DNA of 64,000 nt from Candidatus Omnitrophota bacterium. GTDB taxonomy: Bacteria > Omnitrophota > Gorgyraeia > Zapsychrales > Zapsychraceae. Below, piece after piece: positions 36,617-46,478 of this stretch. Each line of letters begins with the position of its first letter. The stretch's first letter is position 1. The notes under the pieces were generated by a model. That model had not been told where the DNA came from. It saw nothing but the letters and a program-made list of their open reading frames with translations, and searched no databases. Location of the stretch: assembly GCA_015233195.1 (NCBI GenBank), contig JADFYE010000002.1, positions 26,184 through 90,183 on the forward strand. Direction: 5' to 3'. A program made the position numbers and the translations under genes.

Positions 36617-38976
36617 ACCTTTCTCTCCTCAAATAAACCATGATTTTCCAGCCATTCACCTACCCAATTATTATTAAAATCCTCTTCTAACCTTCGTATT
36701 TTCTTTAAATCTTCCGCAGAATTAATACCCATAAAAATTAATTCCAATTCATCTAATCCCAAATCGATCATTCTCCGTCCTAAAACCGATGTATAATAAT
36801 AATGTTTTTTCGGAATAGCCTGCTGTATCATCGCAATCTCTTTATCATTTAAACCATAGGCTTGATAAACCGCATAATTTGCCGGATTGATCGCGGTTGA
36901 ATTAGGCAAAAATATTTTGGTAGGACAGGATTCATCTATAACATTGCGTAGAGGAGAATTAATTACATCACTTATACTATTAGTCGCAAGTACCACCACC
37001 GCGTTTTTCTTACGTAATTCCCTGAGCCAGGATTCAAATTTTTCTCTGAATACCCCATGTTTTAAAACTAACCAGGCTTCATCTAAAATAATTAACGTCG
37101 GACGACCATTCAATCTTCCATCAATACGGTGAAATAAATACATTAAAACCGGCACCACATACTTTTCATCTTTGTTAAGCAGATTCTCCATTTCAAAAAC
37201 AGAAAATGAATTAATTTTTAACCCGTCAAATTCAGCATCTAACAATCCACTCATGATCCCATCAAAAATAGTTACAAACGGACGTAAAGCTTCTTTCACC
37301 GCGCTGTTTTGAATATTAGTGTATAAATTGGAAATAGTCCGCTTTTCATCATGGACTAAAGAACGCAACCCATCAGCTATATCATTACGAATTCTTGGAT
37401 CGACCTTTAACCCCTGTAAATTTAAAATATCTTCAACCCAATTCAGCGCCCATACCAGCTCACTATCTTTATCCACACCTGATAACGGACAAAACGTCAA
37501 TTCTTGTCCATCACTCAAAATATTATAATGATCTCCGCCGCAGGCTTTGACCAATGCATACTGGCTATAACCTTTATCAAATAAAAATACCTGCGCATCT
37601 TTATATCTAAAAAATGAAGCTGCTATTAAAGATAACAATGTGCTCTTCCCACTTCCAGTCGGTCCGATAACTAAAGTATGCCCAACGTCGGAGACATGCA
37701 AATTAAACCGGAATGGCGTGTTCCCGGAAGTTGCAGCGAAAAATAACGGCGCTGCAGGCTGAATAAAATAGGGATTCGGATTTTTTTCGAGTCCAGCCCA
37801 AATCGTAGTTAACGATATCAAATGCGATAAATTCAAAGTATTGATCAATGGCTTGCGTACATTCGGATATTCATGACCAGGTAAAGAACCTAAATATGCT
37901 TCTACCGCATTCGCCTCTTCGATCCTGGACGGAAAACCATTATTATCTAAAATCTTCCGTACTTGTTCCGCTTTTTTTCTCCCCCGCTCCTGATCTTTAT
38001 CCAATATCATAACCACAGCAGTAAAATATCCATATTTAACTTTGCCAGACTGTGCTTCAGTAATCGCTGAATCAGCTTCATCCGCATTTATAAGCGCGTC
38101 ATTATTCACATAATGGCTGGATTGCTCGTTAAATAATAGCTGATTAACGATCTGCGAAACATCAAAGTGTTTATTATAAAAATTTCTCCGCACTTTCTTT
38201 AACTGTGCTACCGCGTCAATCTGATCCATCATTATAAATCTGGAGCTGAACCGATACTCAAAAGACAGACGATTTATCATATCTAAAATGCCGGTGTAAG
38301 TTTTGGAAGGAAAAGCCAACAACGCTACCACGTTAACGAATTTATCATCAATTTTGGGTAACATCCCACCCACAAAATCATATCCGCCTAAATAATTCGC
38401 CAAATACGCAGCCGGGTTCGGTAATGGTCGATGAATCTTGTTGCCAGTTATGCAATATCCCAAATAATCTAACATTTGCTGTGAACTCATTAATTTAACG
38501 GTCAGCCTACCAGACAAAGCATCCGCGAACTCTTTAATCGATTTTTTAAAATACTCAATCAACTGATCAGCTTTATTACGCTCGCCCCAAGACGGTTTAA
38601 AAGTTAAAATCAATACATGCGCGCTTTCAAAATGTGCGCCTTCTGCTTCATATTTTTTACGCCGATGCTCTTCAATCAACTTTAAAACCGGCACAATGTA
38701 TTCATTCGATTCAGGATATTTTATTGAATGGATCCGGATCGCATCCACGTTAATCATCCAGCCAGTGCCTAACTTAGCAAAAGCATGATTAATATGCCTT
38801 GCCAGCACGCCTAATTCCTCATCCAACGAAGAATCCATATCCGGACCGGAATAATAAAATGAACAAGAAAGACTGCCGTTCTTATTCAGCATTATTCCCT
38901 CATCAATAAAACCGAAATAATTAAGTAAACTGGTAAATCCGCTCACACCTTCTTTAAATTCTTTCATTAAGATCAT
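36595..38976 (-). CDS. virB4: Type IV secretion ATPase VirB4/TrbE
   Basis: 793 aa with Walker A GPTGSGKST, Walker B LIILDEAW, and the typical N-terminus (ID.GIMLNKNGSL). Its start overlaps the virB3 stop (ATGA). Confidence 0.92.
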   Translation of the reverse strand: MILMKEFKEGVSGFTSLLNYFGFIDEGIMLNKNGSLSCSFYYSGPDMDSSLDEELGVLARHINHAFAKLGTGWMINVDAIRIHSIKYPESNEYIVPVLKLIEEHRRKKYEAEGAHFESAHVLILTFKPSWGERNKADQLIEYFKKSIKEFADALSGRLTVKLMSSQQMLDYLGYCITGNKIHRPLPNPAAYLANYLGGYDFVGGMLPKIDDKFVNVVALLAFPSKTYTGILDMINRLSFEYRFSSRFIMMDQIDAVAQLKKVRRNFYNKHFDVSQIVNQLLFNEQSSHYVNNDALINADEADSAITEAQSGKVKYGYFTAVVMILDKDQERGRKKAEQVRKILDNNGFPSRIEEANAVEAYLGSLPGHEYPNVRKPLINTLNLSHLISLTTIWAGLEKNPNPYFIQPAAPLFFAATSGNTPFRFNLHVSDVGHTLVIGPTGSGKSTLLSLIAASFFRYKDAQVFLFDKGYSQYALVKACGGDHYNILSDGQELTFCPLSGVDKDSELVWALNWVEDILNLQGLKVDPRIRNDIADGLRSLVHDEKRTISNLYTNIQNSAVKEALRPFVTIFDGIMSGLLDAEFDGLKINSFSVFEMENLLNKDEKYVVPVLMYLFHRIDGRLNGRPTLIILDEAWLVLKHGVFREKFESWLRELRKKNAVVVLATNSISDVINSPLRNVIDESCPTKIFLPNSTAINPANYAVYQAYGLNDKEIAMIQQAIPKKHYYYTSVLGRRMIDLGLDELELIFMGINSAEDLKKIRRLEEDFNNNWVGEWLENHGLFEERKVWEKYLR

Positions 38977-39290
38977 TTGGTCACCTGAAATATTTTTACT
39001 TCTGCTTCCGGAACTTTGATTTTTTCTCCTGCCGGATAAAACTTTTGATATTTAATATGCCGTAAATATACTTTGGTCCAGCAAGTATCTTTTTTAACTA
39101 AGATACGTGCGATAGTTATACCGACTGTCCATAAACTAAAAGCCAAAATTCCTGCTAATAAATCTTTGCCAGCAAACCAAATCATAAGCGAAGCAAAACA
39201 AACGAAAATAAATATTTCCCGTTCCGCTCCGGCGTATAAAACCTCTTTGGTTAAAGATTGATGCAAAGTTGTTGAATGTAATTTATCCAT
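38973..39290 (-). CDS. virB3: Type IV secretion protein VirB3/TrbD
   Basis: 105 aa from ATG 39290 (MDKLHSTTLHQSLTKEVLYAGAERE..) with two TM segments. The start lies 2 nt after the virB2 stop. The track's 50-codon extension overlaps virB2 and is rejected. Confidence 0.8.
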   Translation of the reverse strand: MDKLHSTTLHQSLTKEVLYAGAEREIFIFVCFASLMIWFAGKDLLAGILAFSLWTVGITIARILVKKDTCWTKVYLRHIKYQKFYPAGEKIKVPEAEVKIFQVTK

Positions 39291-39292
39291 AG

Positions 39293-39607
39293 TTAGAATG
39301 TTGCGGTTGATATTCCAAGCGTTTGAAAAATATTTAAAGCAAAAACTATCATAGACATGCCAAAAACAATTGATAAAAATGTCCGCATACCGCCATGACT
39401 TTCTCCCATGAAAAACCTGAAGCCGCACGCGCATATACAAACTAAAGCAATTGCAGTAGCTACCGGACCTTTTAAACTATTCGCGATCCGCATTAAAGGC
39501 TGTTCCCAAGGCATAGAATCACTTGAACCTTGAGTACTCGCCCATACACTTCCTACCCATACTATTTGCATAAATAACCAACTACTGATCTGTTTTACTT
39601 TTTTCAT
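39293..39607 (-). CDS. virB2: T4SS pilin VirB2/TrbC
   Basis: 104 aa from ATG 39607 (SD ggaggg 6 nt upstream). Long signal peptide, then two hydrophobic helices (GPVATAIALVCICACGF.. / FLSIVFGMSMIVFALNIF). Confidence 0.8.
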   Translation of the reverse strand: MKKVKQISSWLFMQIVWVGSVWASTQGSSDSMPWEQPLMRIANSLKGPVATAIALVCICACGFRFFMGESHGGMRTFLSIVFGMSMIVFALNIFQTLGISTATF

Positions 39608-39655
39608 TATTCCCTCCATGTTTATTGAAATTAATAACTTTTAGAACATAAAATT

Positions 39656-40396
39656 TTAATTAACCGCAATTAAAATAACTCTTAGGTATGTTGCGACAAT
39701 GGTATATCCACTCTGAATACCTCCCGCGTCGAGAATTCGCGCGCCATTACCCCCAACCAGTAACGAAATCGTGGTTGAGTTTATAACAGTGCCCACATCA
39801 CCAGCCATATCACCTGAATCAACTATCGAGCTCTGATTACTTCCAATAGCATCAGTCGCTCCATAAATAACAGTGATAACATTTTGAGTTCCTAAATTAT
39901 GGATTTTTACATATTCATTCCGTGGAGTAATTGGAAACCATCCGCTGTCATACGAATTCATTTGTCCTACCCCACCCGGCACTGATATCGTGCTTTTCAA
40001 CATTGAACCATTAACTTCAGCCATCGGTAATTTTTTAGCCGCATACAGGGAAACTTGCGGTTTCTTTACATCAGTCTCCACACTCAATGTACTGATAGTA
40101 GATAAAAGCAAATAATCCATTTTCATCGGACTTTTCCCAGACCAGGTTTGTGATAAATATCCCTCGCTCTTAAGGGCGTTAATATCCGCCGGCCATATAT
40201 TTTTATCAATATAGTAAGCGCGAGCCGCGCCTTCGATCACACCCATATCCATTGCTACAGCTTCGCCATAACGACTGTAAATATCTTTCAACAAATTAGG
40301 AATAACTGCTGAAAGCGCGATCGCCATGATCACGATCACTACGCATATTTCAACCAATGAATAACCGTTATGATTTGTAAGTATATTTTTTTTCAT
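39656..40396 (-). CDS. Prepilin-type N-terminal cleavage/methylation domain protein (large minor pilin)
   Basis: Start at ATG 40396 gives MKKNILTNHNG|YSLVEICVVIVIMAIAL, i.e. the G / aromatic-xxxE motif plus a hydrophobic helix. Confidence 0.8.
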   Translation of the reverse strand: MKKNILTNHNGYSLVEICVVIVIMAIALSAVIPNLLKDIYSRYGEAVAMDMGVIEGAARAYYIDKNIWPADINALKSEGYLSQTWSGKSPMKMDYLLLSTISTLSVETDVKKPQVSLYAAKKLPMAEVNGSMLKSTISVPGGVGQMNSYDSGWFPITPRNEYVKIHNLGTQNVITVIYGATDAIGSNQSSIVDSGDMAGDVGTVINSTTISLLVGGNGARILDAGGIQSGYTIVATYLRVILIAVN

Positions 40397-40853
40397 ATGC
40401 CAACCAATCTGTAGCATCCAAATTTTCACGAATAGTAATCGAAATTTTCTGAGTTTGAGCTTTTTCTTCTACCTCAACCATAGGAGCGCAAATTTCATTT
40501 TTAATCTGTCCCTTTGGAACTTCTGTCAAAACTTTTACTACTCCCTGATCAATTACCAATTCATATGAAACCTGATATGGATTTTTTTCAACATTTGTAT
40601 TTAAAAAATCTGGTTTTAAATCATTAATATCCACAGGCCAACTGCCTTGCTCCTGATAAAACCTTACTGCTGCCTGGGCGATAAATATCATTTCTCTAAA
40701 AGTGCGTTTGACTTTTGCATCACTTACCTGCGTACTGACCGACTTTAATACCACAGTTAACAATACAGAAATGATAGTCAAAACAACTACCATCTCACTA
40801 ATTGTGAATCCGTGATTAAAATGTCGCTGTCCAAGTCTGGGTATTCGCATCAT
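40368..40853 (-). CDS. Prepilin-type pilin/pseudopilin
   Basis: 161 aa with leader MMRIPRLGQRHFNHG|FTISEMVVVLTIISVLL. Confidence 0.8.
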   Translation of the reverse strand: MMRIPRLGQRHFNHGFTISEMVVVLTIISVLLTVVLKSVSTQVSDAKVKRTFREMIFIAQAAVRFYQEQGSWPVDINDLKPDFLNTNVEKNPYQVSYELVIDQGVVKVLTEVPKGQIKNEICAPMVEVEEKAQTQKISITIRENLDATDWLAYEKKYTYKS

Positions 40854-41256
40854 AGGTAAAGTTATCCGTTGAATTTAATAAACCGTTTTCTAATTTTTGT
40901 CTGGTACTATTTGAAACCTTCGTTAAAGAAAATTCATATTTTTCAGTGTCCGAGCTATCAACATTTACAGTCAGATCACCGCCGAATTGATTTGCTTTAG
41001 TTGAATCGAAATTATTTTTCAAATATCCGTCGGTTTTCAACGCGGCAACTGATATACCCGCGTATGTCATTTTGTCGCCATACCACTGCACGGCTGCAGA
41101 ATGTAAAATTTTAATATTTTGAATCTGCTGCACAGCTTTACTATTCTCAATCGCCCGATTAGCACTGATCACCCCGCCGGCTATTACTGCAATAATAATG
41201 ATCACCATAACCAACTCCACCATAGTAAACCCACCTTTGTTTCTAATTTTTCTCAT
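40816..41256 (-). CDS. Prepilin-type pilin (candidate major subunit)
   Basis: 146 aa with leader MRKIRNKGG|FTMVELVMVIIIIAVIAGG. It is the first pilin gene after the platform gene. Confidence 0.8.
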   Translation of the reverse strand: MRKIRNKGGFTMVELVMVIIIIAVIAGGVISANRAIENSKAVQQIQNIKILHSAAVQWYGDKMTYAGISVAALKTDGYLKNNFDSTKANQFGGDLTVNVDSSDTEKYEFSLTKVSNSTRQKLENGLLNSTDNFTYDANTQTWTATF

Positions 41257-41288
41257 CGCTTTTCCTTTCTTTATCCTTTTACCTTTTA

Positions 41289-42485
41289 TTAAAACATGTT
41301 TTCCATCATCCCATTCAAATTCGTATATATTGGCACAATGAATGTACTTACCAAAAAAATTATCATACCTCCTGCTACGACAATAAAAACCGGCTGTAGC
41401 ATAGGTATCAAATTACGCGCTGAATCCTCAGTCCTATTCTTAAAATACAAATATATATTCCTGAAATACTCATCATATTTTCCCTGAATCTCTCCCTGAT
41501 GAATATTTTGGTGTACTATCCGTGGTATCTCTTTTTCCTTCTTAACTGCTTCCCAAAAACACAAACCCTGGTCAATACCTTTTCGACATCGCAAAAATAT
41601 GCGGCTGATATAACTGTTTTGTACGTTATTAATTGAAAGTATTGATTCTTTGATAGTGATCCCGCTTTTTTGGTAGGTATACAAATTCAAAAAATATAAC
41701 GATAATTGCATCTCTTTGATAAATGATCCCAAAACTGGAACCTTATATAAATACTTTAAAAATTGTTCTTCATAATGCCGCCGGCAATACACCAAAATCA
41801 TAAATAAAATTATTGGAACCAGCAAAAATAAATACCAATGATACTGAACCAGATCACAATAAAATAAAAACATTTTTACTGACCAGCTTTTCATTGATGC
41901 TTCCGGTAAAAAATCCCGTAAAGCTGGTACTAACTTGAGTGATATAATTAGCGCTGCTCCTGAAATTAAAACTATTAACCCAATCGGATACGCTATAGCA
42001 GCGCCAACTCGTTTTTGTACCTCATCTGAAAATGCAAAAGTCTCAGCCAAAGATCGCAAGACCTCAGGTAAATTGCCGCTTTGTTCGCCTGCAGCTATAC
42101 AACATATTGCAGTAGACGGGAAAGCTGTAGTACGATCCATTGCTTCCCACAAAGGATACCCTTTATTCAAATCCTGCCGCATGTTGCGCAACGCAGTTTT
42201 CACCCTTATTGAATTAGTGGTATCCTCTAAATTTTCGATAATTTCATTCATCGATAAGCCTACCTGCAGCATGCCCGCGAAATTATTCAATAAATCTGCC
42301 AACGTTTTATGATCGATTTGTCGTATACTCATTTGCTCTCTAACATGTAACAAAAAATTTGGACGCATAGAAATCAATGTCCAATGCCGCCCACTTATCA
42401 TTTCCTTAATCTCTTTTATTGAACCCTGCCCTATACCGGTTGTTTGTGTTCCAAAATTATTTAACACCACATATTCCCAATACAT
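41289..42485 (-). CDS. Type II secretion / type IV pilus platform protein (GspF/PilC family)
   Basis: 398 aa with two GspF-type repeats, three TM regions, and the typical size. Confidence 0.85.
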   Translation of the reverse strand: MYWEYVVLNNFGTQTTGIGQGSIKEIKEMISGRHWTLISMRPNFLLHVREQMSIRQIDHKTLADLLNNFAGMLQVGLSMNEIIENLEDTTNSIRVKTALRNMRQDLNKGYPLWEAMDRTTAFPSTAICCIAAGEQSGNLPEVLRSLAETFAFSDEVQKRVGAAIAYPIGLIVLISGAALIISLKLVPALRDFLPEASMKSWSVKMFLFYCDLVQYHWYLFLLVPIILFMILVYCRRHYEEQFLKYLYKVPVLGSFIKEMQLSLYFLNLYTYQKSGITIKESILSINNVQNSYISRIFLRCRKGIDQGLCFWEAVKKEKEIPRIVHQNIHQGEIQGKYDEYFRNIYLYFKNRTEDSARNLIPMLQPVFIVVAGGMIIFLVSTFIVPIYTNLNGMMENMF

Positions 42486-42495
42486 AATGTTGTCC

Positions 42496-44133
42496 TTATC
42501 CTAAGACTCTTACTATTTCGTCTAAAGACGTTTCTCCACGTAAAAATAATTCTTTAGCATCTATAAAAATATCTTTATGATCAGAGCGGTTTTTTAATAG
42601 TTGACGCATTGCATGCAAATCTTTAGTCTCCATTAAATCGCGGATCTCATCATCTACAGTTAATACTTCAGCGACTACAGTTCGACCATTATATCCATTG
42701 ATACATTTACTGCATCCAACTGCAGTGAACGCTTCAGTGATTTTGGCATTTAGATATTTTGTTTGCGCAGCATCACACGCATCCCGATTAAAAATAATTT
42801 TCGTTTTACATAATGGACATAATTTGCGGATTAGACGTTGAGCAACTACTCCGACTAAACTATTTGAAATATTAACCACATCCACACCCAGGTCTTTTAG
42901 CCGCAATACGCTTCCTACAACATCATTAGTATGCAGCGTAGAAAAGACCTGATGTCCGGTCTCTGCGGCACGGAACGCTTCCTGCGCGGTTTCTGTATCC
43001 CGTACTTCACCGACCAAGATCACATCCGGGTCATGACGCAGAAAAGCGCGTACCGCCGACGCAAACGTCAGGTTTTGAGCTTGATTAACCTGGGTCTGCA
43101 TCATTAAAGATTGTGGCATTTCAACTGGATTCTCGACTGTAACAATTTTCTTTTCCGGAGATTTAAGATGATTGAGTAAGCTATATAAAGTGGTAGATTT
43201 ACCGCTGCCAGTAGGTCCAGTTACCAAAACAATACCGTAGGGTCGCTTAATCAAAGACTGAATCTTTTGCCAATTATGCGATGAATAACCTAAACTCTTG
43301 AGATCATATGATACCTTTGCCCGATCCAAAATCCTTAAAACTATCGACGGTCCAAATACTGAAGGTATGATCGAAACCCGAATGTCTACTGCCCGGTCAA
43401 AATATTTGAATTTAAAGCCCCCGTCTTTAATTTTAAAATATTCTCCAGTATTTAATTCACATAACGTTAATATTCGATTTACAATCGTATATATAAAATA
43501 TTTCCGCAAACAACAAAATGAAGACTTCATCCCGTCTACTCGAAAACTGATTTCTAACGCTTTTTCTGAAGGTTCAAAGTGCACATCTGTACAATGTTGA
43601 ATTACTGCTAAATTGATCAACTCATCCAAAAACCCGGATACACCTTCAACATGTTTTTTCTCATTAATCTGCCGGCTATGCTCCTTTACTTTTGTACTCA
43701 ATTCTTCCTGCATCAAATTTTCAAGAGCAAACCGCACGTCTTTTTCTATACCGACCATAAACTCAATGTTAATAAACGGGAAATGATCTCCGATAACATC
43801 AGTTATTTCCAAATCATCAATATGTGCGACTACAAACGTCTTACCTCCATTTTGCGTCTTTAAAGGAAATACTTGATGTTTAACTAACAAACTTAGATCT
43901 AAAATATTTAATATCTCTCTATCCGGAACATAAGCGCCTTTAAAAAATTTCCACCCAACCTGTTCTGCCACAACAGCGCCAATCTCATCATCCGTTACAA
44001 AATTAAAATGTCGTAAAATCACCCCCAATTTTTCATTCTGCCCAATACTTTGGATATCCAGACACAAACTCAATTCCTGAGCTGTTATTTCCTGATGGTT
44101 TATTAAGATCTCACCTAATTTATTTTTATTCAT
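42496..44133 (-). CDS. Type II/IV secretion ATPase (GspE/PilB family) with N-terminal T2SSE_N/MshEN-like domain
   Basis: 545 aa with Walker A GPTGSGKSTT, Asp box, Walker B ILVGEVRD, His box, and a tetracysteine CPLC..CSKC. Confidence 0.92.
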   Translation of the reverse strand: MNKNKLGEILINHQEITAQELSLCLDIQSIGQNEKLGVILRHFNFVTDDEIGAVVAEQVGWKFFKGAYVPDREILNILDLSLLVKHQVFPLKTQNGGKTFVVAHIDDLEITDVIGDHFPFINIEFMVGIEKDVRFALENLMQEELSTKVKEHSRQINEKKHVEGVSGFLDELINLAVIQHCTDVHFEPSEKALEISFRVDGMKSSFCCLRKYFIYTIVNRILTLCELNTGEYFKIKDGGFKFKYFDRAVDIRVSIIPSVFGPSIVLRILDRAKVSYDLKSLGYSSHNWQKIQSLIKRPYGIVLVTGPTGSGKSTTLYSLLNHLKSPEKKIVTVENPVEMPQSLMMQTQVNQAQNLTFASAVRAFLRHDPDVILVGEVRDTETAQEAFRAAETGHQVFSTLHTNDVVGSVLRLKDLGVDVVNISNSLVGVVAQRLIRKLCPLCKTKIIFNRDACDAAQTKYLNAKITEAFTAVGCSKCINGYNGRTVVAEVLTVDDEIRDLMETKDLHAMRQLLKNRSDHKDIFIDAKELFLRGETSLDEIVRVLG

Positions 44134-44135
44134 GA

Positions 44136-44717
44136 TTAATACGCCATTCCATCCACATTTAACTTTACGTTCGCGTTATCTTTCAAGCGCATTTCAACCT
44201 CGCTTGCCCCAATATTCCGTACACATACTCCTTCATAAGGACAATCCCCTTTTTTAACTGAATAATTTCTGCCATTAATAGTAACGATCGCCTCATAATC
44301 CATTTTTGACCGCGCGATATAGATAGCTTTCATTTCTGGTGTATTTGAATCCGCTGCTTTTAAAGGATCCTGTATCAATTCCCGATTTTCTTTCCGCAAT
44401 GAACCCATTTCTTTCAAAGTTTTTTCCCGCTCCAACTGCAACTTCAACTGTTCTAATTCCATATTGAGTAGCTTTATTTGCCTGTGTCGATTTTGTTCCA
44501 TTTGAATTAAAGCATTGGTTTCCTTATTCTCCTGATCCTCTTCACCTAAAAATTCTTGCTGGGTCAAAACTTTTTCTGCAGCAATTGGTTCCGTGGCTGG
44601 TGCATTAACTACTACTGATCTCGACCCAGGCAATGTTTCATTTTTAACGATCGTCTCTCCAAATGCATTACTATTTAATAACAAAACAATTAAAACTATA
44701 CGCAAAAATTTTTCCAT
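44136..44717 (-). CDS. Secreted coiled-coil protein with small C-terminal beta domain (PilP/GspC-like position)
   Basis: 193 aa with a signal peptide, a coiled coil (LNMELEQLKLQLEREK), and C-terminal IVTINGRNYSVKKGD. Assigned by position and architecture only. Confidence 0.4.
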   Translation of the reverse strand: MEKFLRIVLIVLLLNSNAFGETIVKNETLPGSRSVVVNAPATEPIAAEKVLTQQEFLGEEDQENKETNALIQMEQNRHRQIKLLNMELEQLKLQLEREKTLKEMGSLRKENRELIQDPLKAADSNTPEMKAIYIARSKMDYEAIVTINGRNYSVKKGDCPYEGVCVRNIGASEVEMRLKDNANVKLNVDGMAY

Positions 44718-44726
44718 ATTTATCTC

Positions 44727-45227
44727 CTAATTGATTCCGTACATGGCTCCATCAACTACCAAGCCGTTTTTTAACGAATGCTTAATACCTAAAATTTTTA
44801 TATCTAAATTTTTTTCCATATCACTTACAGTTTGTAACGCAAACCCCAAGTCCGCATCATTATTAACATTCGCAAAACTCAACTTAAATGGAATACTCCC
44901 TATTCCCGGCAAATCTGATTCAACCATATAAGCTTGAATATCTTGTTTATCTTTCACATTGGGAATGATTAATGTCATATTTACGTCATTAAATAGTACT
45001 AACAGGTTGCGTTGATCAACTAAACGCTTAAACGCCTTACGTAATGTTAATGGTTTGTGTTTTGTATACTTTTCCATCTGATCTATTTGTTCTTCAAGTT
45101 GATTTTTTTGTTTTTGCAAAAACTGTCGTTCTTGTTTGGCAATGTTATATTGTTTAAAAATTTGTAAACCGTCATATCCTGCCCACCACACAACCAAAAT
45201 AGTGATAACTAAAAATAAATTTTTCAT
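44727..45227 (-). CDS. Bitopic assembly protein (PilO/PilN/GspM-like)
   Basis: Start at ATG 45227 with the SD aaggag 7 nt upstream. N-terminal TM, then a coiled coil, then an alpha/beta domain. Assigned by architecture. Confidence 0.45.
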   Translation of the reverse strand: MKNLFLVITILVVWWAGYDGLQIFKQYNIAKQERQFLQKQKNQLEEQIDQMEKYTKHKPLTLRKAFKRLVDQRNLLVLFNDVNMTLIIPNVKDKQDIQAYMVESDLPGIGSIPFKLSFANVNNDADLGFALQTVSDMEKNLDIKILGIKHSLKNGLVVDGAMYGIN

Positions 45228-45275
45228 AAAAATCTCCTTAACAACCGGCACAATTTATTGTGACCCTACGCGAAA

Positions 45276-46478
45276 CTACAAATTTACTTTAATTAGCTTT
45301 CCAGGCTGTTGGTCCAAAATCACATCTTTGACCACCAGATCCTTAAATTTATTAGAAGGTAAAATTTCCTCATAAAACGCTTCTTTATCTCTTAAATTCA
45401 AAAATACCTCCAGCGAAACTCCGTTTTTTAATCGCAACATTTGTAAAGAATTAACCGCGTACTCATCTGGCACACAATTCATGAATTCAACATATACTGA
45501 TCCCCATCGTTTTTGTTCCGCTTTTAAAAAACTTCTATATGCTGTTTGATCGATTTTTTTTAACTCTTCCTTTAAAACCTGATTGGTGTTTTTCAAATCA
45601 AAACAAAAACTTTGCATTTGTGAAGTCATCATCCGTAAAAAAATATTCCCTAAAAATGCCATTAATATAACCAACCCTGCAGCACTAAATTTAACCATAA
45701 ATTTGCGAGCAGTTTCATTTTTAGCTTTTTTTACTAATACTTCAGGTGGACAATAATTAAGATTTACATTATTTTCTTTTAATCCTTCGAAAACCGGACA
45801 ATCCCATTCAAAATAGAGCACTTGTTCAGGCTCTAAATGTTCCTTTTCAATTAAATGATCAACTACCGCTTTTGAATTACTCACATAGATAAAAGCAGCA
45901 GTTAATCCACCCGAAACTCCTACCCACTGTTTTTGATAATTCTTTTCATTCCGTTTAATCTCTGCAGCCACTACTTCCATGCTTGAGACAGAAGTGATTT
46001 TGCGAGTTTTGCCTATAATCTGACCAGAAAATATAGTTATCAAAATTTCCTGATCAAAACTATCAATGAACATGACCGGCTGCTTTTCAGGCAGCGCGAT
46101 ATTTTTTAACAGCACTGACCTAAGTAAAACTCCATACGGTACGATCTTTATTTTCTTTTTCTCTCCGAACAAAGAATAAACTTCTCGAACACGATCTTGA
46201 TGAATACCCATTACCTGATAAATATTTTTACGAATTTTTTCACTTTGCAATAAATATCCCTCGCCAGCTTTTTGTTTAAAATCACCGGCGACAATAGTGT
46301 CAACCCTATCCTGGGCAGCATCTGAAACTGTGATCTGAGTAGTTTCCATTTCAACTACCGCAACTACGATTTCTTCATCGATAGAACTACCCGCATTTTT
46401 AACATTATTCTTATCGATTTCAGTAATACTTTTATCACCAAGCGCGTAAAGTTTATTATTAAGTAAATAGTAGCTCAT
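45276..46478 (-). CDS. Assembly-platform protein with GspL / PilM-PilN-fusion topology
   Basis: 400 aa: a ~250-aa cytoplasmic domain, a single TM (FSAAGLVILMAFLGNIFL), and a ~120-aa periplasmic domain. Its start overlaps the secretin stop. Confidence 0.45.
   Translation of the reverse strand: MSYYLLNNKLYALGDKSITEIDKNNVKNAGSSIDEEIVVAVVEMETTQITVSDAAQDRVDTIVAGDFKQKAGEGYLLQSEKIRKNIYQVMGIHQDRVREVYSLFGEKKKIKIVPYGVLLRSVLLKNIALPEKQPVMFIDSFDQEILITIFSGQIIGKTRKITSVSSMEVVAAEIKRNEKNYQKQWVGVSGGLTAAFIYVSNSKAVVDHLIEKEHLEPEQVLYFEWDCPVFEGLKENNVNLNYCPPEVLVKKAKNETARKFMVKFSAAGLVILMAFLGNIFLRMMTSQMQSFCFDLKNTNQVLKEELKKIDQTAYRSFLKAEQKRWGSVYVEFMNCVPDEYAVNSLQMLRLKNGVSLEVFLNLRDKEAFYEEILPSNKFKDLVVKDVILDQQPGKLIKVNL

Noticed and set aside
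39291-39440. 50-codon N-terminal extension of the VirB3 ORF in the track (155 aa).
   Set aside because: The extension overlaps the 3' half of virB2 in another frame. The internal ATG at 39290 gives a 105-aa protein of typical VirB3 size, starting 2 nt after the virB2 stop.
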